A stretch of DNA of 64,000 nt from Thermoplasmata archaeon (GTDB taxonomy: Archaea; Thermoplasmatota; Thermoplasmata; UBA10834): contig JAWCKF010000001.1 in NCBI GenBank assembly GCA_038852315.1, positions 23,542 to 87,541 of the forward strand. Direction: 5' to 3'. The notes under the pieces were generated by a model. That model saw nothing but the letters and a program-made list of their open reading frames with translations, was not told the origin of the DNA and did not search any database. This document shows, piece by piece, positions 58,656 through 64,000 of this stretch. Position 1 is the first letter of the stretch. Every line of letters begins with the position of its first letter. Both the position numbers and the translations under genes were made by a program.

Positions 58656-60992
58656 GTGTTCGTCGAGCATGAGCTGATCAGGCCCTCCTCCATCGAGCAG
58701 AGGGACTACCAGACCAACATCGCAGAGGCTGCGAAGCGCGAATGCACTCTGCTCGTGCTCCCGACCGGCCTCGGGAAGACCGTGGTGGCACTGCTTGTCA
58801 TTGCGGACGTGCTCAGGGACAGAAGGGGCAAGGTCCTGTTCCTTGCGCCCACTAAACCGCTTGTCCAGCAGCATGCAGCTTTCTTGAAGGAGCATCTTGT
58901 AGGCTTCGAGCCTACCGTGTTCACGGGCGAGGTCCCGCCCGAGGAGAGGCGTGAGGCCTGGAGGAACGCCCGCCTGATTGTATCGACACCCCAGGTGATA
59001 GAGAACGACCTGCAGGAGCACAGGATATCGCTGGATGGTGTGGAGCTCATCGTTTTCGACGAGGCGCATAGAGCGGTCGGGGACTACTCCTATGTGACCA
59101 TCGGCAGGATGTTCCAGACCAAGGGAGGCCTGGTGCTGGGGATGACTGCCTCTCCAGGTTCGGACGTCAGCAAGATAGCCGAGGTCTGCGAGAACCTGGG
59201 CATCACCAACGTGGAGATAAGGTCGGAACTGGACGAGGACGTAGTGAAGTACACGCAGAACATCGACATCCAGTACGTCGCAGTGAACCTCCAGGAGGGT
59301 ATGGCCCCGGTCATTTTCCTCCTTAAACAGATCTACGATGAGCAGATCAAGAAGCTGAGGGAGTTCGGATTCTTGGACCCGAAGAAACCGGTGACGACAA
59401 GGGACCTCCTCGAGTGCGGGAACATCATAAGGGCGAGGCTTCAGTCCGGGCGGAAGTCGTTCCAGCTGTTCAGGGCGGCGAGCGTCCAGTCGCTCGCGAT
59501 GAAGGTTAACCATGCGATAGAGCTCGCTGAGACCCAGGGGAGGGGCGCGCTCGAGAGCTACATCGAGAAACAGGTGGCCGAGGCCGCGGAGAAGGGCGGC
59601 TCGAAGGCTGCGAGGGACCTTGTCAAAGATGCGAGGTTCCAGCAGGCCAGGACGCTCGTCTACGGCATGGAGAGGGATCATCCAAAGCTCGAGAAGATAG
59701 TGCCCATCATCCGCGGCCAGTTCGCCTCCAAGCCCGACTCGCGCGTGATAGTGTTCACGCACTACAGGGACACGTGCGAGCTGGTGACCCAGACGCTCGG
59801 GAAGATACCCGGCCTCAGACCTGTCAGGTTCGTCGGCCAGGCAAGCAAGGGCGACGATGCGGGCCTGAACCAGAGGGAGCAGAAGGACATCATAGACAAG
59901 TTCCGAGCGGGCGAGTTCAACGTGCTCGTGGCGACATCCATCGCCGAGGAGGGGCTGGACATACCGTCAACGGATCTGGTCGTGTTCTACGAACCAGTCC
60001 CATCTGAGATAAGGACCATACAGCGCAGGGGGAGGACGGGCAGGCGCAGGGCTGGCAGAGTGGTCATGCTGGTCACGAAGCACACGAAGGACGAGGCGTA
60101 CTTCTACTCCAGCCGCAGGAAGGAGCTGCAGATGAGGAAGGAGCTGGAAGGGCTCAGGCGGAAGCTCAGGGCCAGGAAGGGGCTTCCTGACGAGCCTTCT
60201 TCGGGCACGCAGAGGCTCACTAGACCCCAGCTCGAGGAGATGCTTACTGAGAAGCCTCTGACTGAGAAGGAGGCGCTGGCGAAGAAGGTCTCGGAAAGAA
60301 AGGGCCAAAAGGGGCTAGGACAGTTCGAGGGACAGTCTGACACTGTCGCCACCACGCTCACAGCCTCCAGAAGGGCGTCGGAAGTCGGCTTGGAGCGGCC
60401 TCTCAGGAACGCGGGCTTCGGCCTCCGCGAAGAAGAGCTCGAGTTCGCGGACGTGATCGTATCGCCTCGCGTGGCGGTTGCCGTGAGGACCGTCGACGAC
60501 TTCATACGGGGCATCGGGGACGGCAGCGTGTTCTCCGCTCTGGCGAAGCTGAAGCATGAATACCTTCACCCGATACTGATAGTCCAGGGTGAGCCGCAGG
60601 GAGAGGGCGTGCAGGCCGGCAATGCCGCCGTCTACGACGCTCTGAGTTCCGTGCTCGCGGAGTATCACATGCCAGTGCTCTCCACCAGGAACGCGGAGGA
60701 GACCGCTGCACAGATAGTTTCATTGTACAGACAGGAGGCTGCGAGGGAGGGTAGGAAGGAGCGAGGTGTTCAGACAACACTCGACATAACCAGCAGGCAG
60801 AGATTCCTGGTACAGGGCCTCCCGAACGTGTCGGCCACGCTCGCGCAGAGGCTGCTCGAGAGGTTCGGGTCTGTGAAAGGGATAGCGGACGCAGACGTCG
60901 AAGAGCTTATGCAGGTCGAGGGTATCGGCAGGGTCATAGCTGAGGGAATACATTCGGTACTGAGAAGGAAGTACGGCGAGGGGGGATCCTAG
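58656..60992 (+). CDS. hef: Hef/FANCM-family DEAH helicase with degenerate ERCC4 nuclease domain and HhH motifs
   Basis: RDYQ, PTGLGKT, DEAH, TAS, EEGLDI, QRRGRTGR; C-terminal LPNVS...VEGIG (HhH)2. Confidence 0.92.
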   Translation: MFVEHELIRPSSIEQRDYQTNIAEAAKRECTLLVLPTGLGKTVVALLVIADVLRDRRGKVLFLAPTKPLVQQHAAFLKEHLVGFEPTVFTGEVPPEERREAWRNARLIVSTPQVIENDLQEHRISLDGVELIVFDEAHRAVGDYSYVTIGRMFQTKGGLVLGMTASPGSDVSKIAEVCENLGITNVEIRSELDEDVVKYTQNIDIQYVAVNLQEGMAPVIFLLKQIYDEQIKKLREFGFLDPKKPVTTRDLLECGNIIRARLQSGRKSFQLFRAASVQSLAMKVNHAIELAETQGRGALESYIEKQVAEAAEKGGSKAARDLVKDARFQQARTLVYGMERDHPKLEKIVPIIRGQFASKPDSRVIVFTHYRDTCELVTQTLGKIPGLRPVRFVGQASKGDDAGLNQREQKDIIDKFRAGEFNVLVATSIAEEGLDIPSTDLVVFYEPVPSEIRTIQRRGRTGRRRAGRVVMLVTKHTKDEAYFYSSRRKELQMRKELEGLRRKLRARKGLPDEPSSGTQRLTRPQLEEMLTEKPLTEKEALAKKVSERKGQKGLGQFEGQSDTVATTLTASRRASEVGLERPLRNAGFGLREEELEFADVIVSPRVAVAVRTVDDFIRGIGDGSVFSALAKLKHEYLHPILIVQGEPQGEGVQAGNAAVYDALSSVLAEYHMPVLSTRNAEETAAQIVSLYRQEAAREGRKERGVQTTLDITSRQRFLVQGLPNVSATLAQRLLERFGSVKGIADADVEELMQVEGIGRVIAEGIHSVLRRKYGEGGS

Positions 60993-60993
60993 G

Positions 60994-61236
60994 ATGGCCA
61001 TAACCAGGTGCCCGCTCTGCGGCAGCACGTGCATCGTCAAGAAAGTCGCGATGGAGGACGAGGAGTGGTGCAAGGTGGACGTCTGTCAGCTGTGCCAGAC
61101 GATGTACCCCAGGGGCAGGACCGAGGTGGTGGTCGTCACAGCAGGCAAAGCCCGGGCACGCGCTACCAAGAGGGCTGCGGGGGCGAAGAAGCCGAAAGCA
61201 TCCCCCAAGAAGAGGGCGAAGGGGAAGAAGCGGTAG
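60994..61236 (+). CDS. Small zinc-ribbon protein with Lys/Ala-rich basic tail
   Basis: CPLC...CQLC; tail KRAAGAKKPKASPKKRAKGKKR; starts 1 nt after the hef stop. Confidence 0.65.
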   Translation: MAITRCPLCGSTCIVKKVAMEDEEWCKVDVCQLCQTMYPRGRTEVVVVTAGKARARATKRAAGAKKPKASPKKRAKGKKR

Positions 61237-61321
61237 AAATCTCTTTACGCACAGCCAGCGCGTCAGCCGCCCTGCAGATAGTTTTATGAACACTCTGCCC
61301 ATACGAGTGAGCCCGAGGACG

Positions 61322-61600
61322 ATGGAGCTCAAGCTGCTGGAGAAGAAGAAGGACAGCATAAAGGTCGAGATCGCCGACCCGGATGAGACGCTCATATACC
61401 CGCTCATCCACGAGCTGCTCCAGGACAAGAACGTCTCCGAGGCGAGATACATCACTGGTCACCCGCAGCTCGACAAGCCGGTGCTGTTCGTAGAGGTGAA
61501 GGAGGGCAAGCCGCAGGCGGCCCTCAAGAAGGCCGCGAAGGCCCTGGCGAACCAGTTCGCCGAGGCGCGCGAGCTGGTCGAGAAGCAGCTGGGCAAGTAG
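61322..61600 (+). CDS. rpoL: DNA-directed RNA polymerase subunit L (Rpo11)
   Basis: MELKLLEK, DETL, ARY..GHP, KPQAALKKA. Confidence 0.88.
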   Translation: MELKLLEKKKDSIKVEIADPDETLIYPLIHELLQDKNVSEARYITGHPQLDKPVLFVEVKEGKPQAALKKAAKALANQFAEARELVEKQLGK

Positions 61601-61641
61601 TCCGCGGAGTTATCTAGCGGCTCCATGATTCCAGTGATGCG

Positions 61642-62925
61642 ATGGAAGAAAAGGATCTGGGGCTCGAGCTGTTCTACACGGGAGACCTGCCGGGGATAGG
61701 TGGCAAGCTGAGGAAGACCCCCGAGGACTTCCAGGTGGACGAGGTCTCCGTCTTGCCCCCGGCTCACGAGGACGGAAGGTTCGTCGTCGCGAGGGTTTGG
61801 CACAGGAACTGGGAGATGAACAGGCTAGTGAGACGGCTCGGGACGAACCTGAGGATTTCGAGGGCTAGGATAGGGTTCGCGGGGACGAAGGATGGCAGGT
61901 CTGTAGCCACGCAGCTGATGTCCTTCGACGCACCCATAGAGGACGTGATGGCGCTCACCATACCCGACGTGAAGATACTGGAAACATTCAGGGCGCGGAG
62001 GATGGTGGAGATAGGCGACCTCATAGGGAACAGCTTCAGGATAAGGGTGTCGGACATAGACCCGACTATAGACGCCAGGTCGATATGCTTGAGCGTGAAG
62101 GAGCGACTGGACGAGCTCGGTGGCTTCCCCAACTTCTTCGGCACCCAGAGGTTCGGCTCCATAAGGCCCATAACGCACCTCATAGGCCGGGACCTGATCA
62201 GGGGCGACTTCGAGAGCGCGGTGATGAGGTATGTCGCATTCCCGATGGAGGGTGAGGCGTCGGAGGCGAACGAGGCTCGTAGGCGGCTGCAGGAGACCAG
62301 GGACTTCGAGCAGGCACTGAAGGAGTACCCTGGGAAGCTCGCCTTCGAACGCACCATGATAGCCCATCTCAGAAAACACCCGGATGATTACCTGGGTGCT
62401 CTCAGGACGCTGCCTTCGAACCTGTTGATGATGTTCGTGCACGCCTACCAGTCTTACCTGTTCAACATGATCCTCAGCGAGAGGATCCGCAGAGGCATAT
62501 CCATCAGGGAGCCGATCGTAGGTGACCTCGTGCTGCCGCTGAACAAGCTGAACCTTCCAGACCACGACAATCCGATACCAGTCACGGGCGAGAACCTCGA
62601 GAAGGCGCGTAGGAACGCGCGCGAGGGCAAGGCGTTCGTGAGCGGGCTGCTCTACGGCACACAATCTGTCTTCGCTGAAGGGGAGATGGGCGAGATCGAG
62701 CGGGCGGTCATAGAGAGGGAGGGCATCAGCAAGCTGGACTTCGAGATCGTCGGCCTGAGGGAAGCATCATCCAAGGGCACCAGGAGAGAGCTGCTGGCGC
62801 CGTACAAGGGCTTCAGGATGGAGTTCGGAGAGGGCGAGGTCACATTCGCCTTCACCCTAAACAAGGGGTGTTATGCCACGGCACTGATGAGGGAGTTCAT
62901 GAAGGCACCCATGAGCCAATACTGA
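61642..62925 (+). CDS. truD: tRNA pseudouridine(13) synthase
   Basis: PEDFQVDE, GFAGTKD, PNFFGTQRFG, HAYQSYLFN, GCYAT. Confidence 0.95.
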   Translation: MEEKDLGLELFYTGDLPGIGGKLRKTPEDFQVDEVSVLPPAHEDGRFVVARVWHRNWEMNRLVRRLGTNLRISRARIGFAGTKDGRSVATQLMSFDAPIEDVMALTIPDVKILETFRARRMVEIGDLIGNSFRIRVSDIDPTIDARSICLSVKERLDELGGFPNFFGTQRFGSIRPITHLIGRDLIRGDFESAVMRYVAFPMEGEASEANEARRRLQETRDFEQALKEYPGKLAFERTMIAHLRKHPDDYLGALRTLPSNLLMMFVHAYQSYLFNMILSERIRRGISIREPIVGDLVLPLNKLNLPDHDNPIPVTGENLEKARRNAREGKAFVSGLLYGTQSVFAEGEMGEIERAVIEREGISKLDFEIVGLREASSKGTRRELLAPYKGFRMEFGEGEVTFAFTLNKGCYATALMREFMKAPMSQY

Positions 62926-62978
62926 GATTGCGCTCCTCAGGCGGAACTGTTAATGTGCCCAGAGAGCATCGGTGTGTC

Positions 62979-63155
62979 GTGTTGAAGAAGAAAAAACCCA
63001 GGACTGTGTTGACTTGCCCTCAGTGCGGGTCCGCAGATCTCTACTACGAGGCCGCGCTCATAACCGGCTACAAGTACCACTGCAAGAGATGCGATTACAT
63101 AGGGGCTTTCGTGATCGAGAAGGACATCGACGAGCAGATGGATGATTCTTCCTGA
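62979..63155 (+). CDS. Small zinc-ribbon protein (~58 aa)
   Basis: CPQCGS..LYYE...G..YHCKRC. Confidence 0.7.
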   Translation: MLKKKKPRTVLTCPQCGSADLYYEAALITGYKYHCKRCDYIGAFVIEKDIDEQMDDSS

Positions 63156-63187
63156 GTCGAGGCTGTGGCTGGACCACGCAAGAGGGA

Positions 63188-63532
63188 CTAGAGCCGCCTG
63201 ATCCTCTCTTCGTCATCGGGGTCTATGAAGTCGCTCTCCTCGGAGTGCTCGCTCAAGTGAGACAGCATAAGGGCGAACACGGGGTTGACAAGAAACGCGG
63301 CTATCCATTCGCCCCTCGACCCCTTGACCACCCATCCTTCTTCGGAGAAAGTGGTCGTTGCGATCATTCCTACGAGCCATACTGTCATGATGAATACCAT
63401 CAGGATGAAGAAGGGGAGAGGCTCGAATCTCATGCCCAGTGCCACGAGGGCGAATAGCATGAGAGATGCGATGAATGCACCGACGCACGCGGCCCAGGCA
63501 ACCCTGCCTTTGTCCAGCGACAAGCGTCGCAA
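63188..63532 (-). CDS. Small membrane protein (three hydrophobic segments)
   Basis: Hydrophobic helices and an acidic C-terminal tail; downstream of pan. Confidence 0.55.
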   Translation of the reverse strand: MRRLSLDKGRVAWAACVGAFIASLMLFALVALGMRFEPLPFFILMVFIMTVWLVGMIATTTFSEEGWVVKGSRGEWIAAFLVNPVFALMLSHLSEHSEESDFIDPDDEERIRRL

Positions 63533-63599
63533 CCTCCGGGTACGGTTGATTCATCAGAAGGACGCTACTTGAGACGTCGCTAGGACATCCGACATGTCC

Positions 63600-64000
63600 C
63601 TAGGCGAACATCGGACCGGACTCCATCGCCCTCTCAGCGTCCTCTGCGAGGACCTTCACAATAGCCTTCTCGAAGTCCGCCATGCCGACGATGTCCCTGT
63701 TGTCCCTGATCGCGAACATCCCGGCCTCAGTGCATATCGCCTTGATGTCCGCGCCCGTGGCGCCTTCTGACCGAGCCGCTATCTCCTCCAGGTTGACGGT
63801 CGAGTCAAGGTTCATGCGCCTGGTGTGGATCTTGTATATCTCGTGCCTGGCCTCGAAGTTGGGCATAGGTATCTCGATGATCCTGTCGAACCTTCCGGGC
63901 CTCAACAGCGCCTCGTCCAGTATGTCCGGCCTGTTCGTTGCCCCTATGATCTTGACCTCTCCCAGCGGGTTGAAGCCGTCAAGCTCGGCCAGCAACTGCA
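63600..64000 (-). CDS. pan: Proteasome-activating nucleotidase, C-terminal part (partial)
   Basis: [46 protein letters not shown], HbYX-like tail MFA. Confidence 0.93.
   Translation of the reverse strand, partial: QLLAELDGFNPLGEVKIIGATNRPDILDEALLRPGRFDRIIEIPMPNFEARHEIYKIHTRRMNLDSTVNLEEIAARSEGATGADIKAICTEAGMFAIRDNRDIVGMADFEKAIVKVLAEDAERAMESGPMFA

Overview
64 kb of GC-rich (roughly 60% by eye) archaeal chromosome, most consistent with a Thermoplasmatota/Methanomassiliicoccales-related lineage. Archaeal markers are RpoL, PAN, Hef, archaeal GluRS, IorAB, TATA boxes and GGTGA/GGAGG ribosome-binding sites; the lineage call is inference. No CRISPR array, integrase or transposase was seen. Contents: a CbiMQO-type Co/Ni ECF transporter; two very large surface proteins (one with 10 PKD domains, one with a 7-blade FG-GAP integrin-alpha-like head); peptide/amino-acid catabolism genes (IorAB, D-aminoacylase, C45 hydrolase, and a Dpp/Opp ABC system with a PKD-stalked binding protein and heavily inserted ATPases); three tRNAs; a pilin-like gene trio; a sulfur/cysteine neighbourhood (sufS-like, iscS-iscU, tRNA-Cys, Cys-rich HTH regulator, cysK-cysE-cysS, radical SAM, iscA-like); and housekeeping genes (pyrD/pyrK, aksA-like, gltX, ubiD-like, hef, rpoL, truD, pan). 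Best leads: (1) a candidate cysteine regulon in which a palindromic ATAAC-GGC-GTTAT operator lies in front of both a Cys-rich HTH regulator and the cysK-cysE-cysS-radical SAM operon; (2) a recurring C where T is expected, at four SD-preceded candidate start codons (ACG, CTG, ACG, GCG) and at the tRNA-Cys discriminator base, pointing to near-cognate initiation, C-to-U editing or assembly error; (3) DppD/DppF ATPases sharing an unrecognised inserted module, plus a Zn ribbon in DppD; (4) a Hef whose ERCC4 nuclease motifs are degenerate, as in FANCM.
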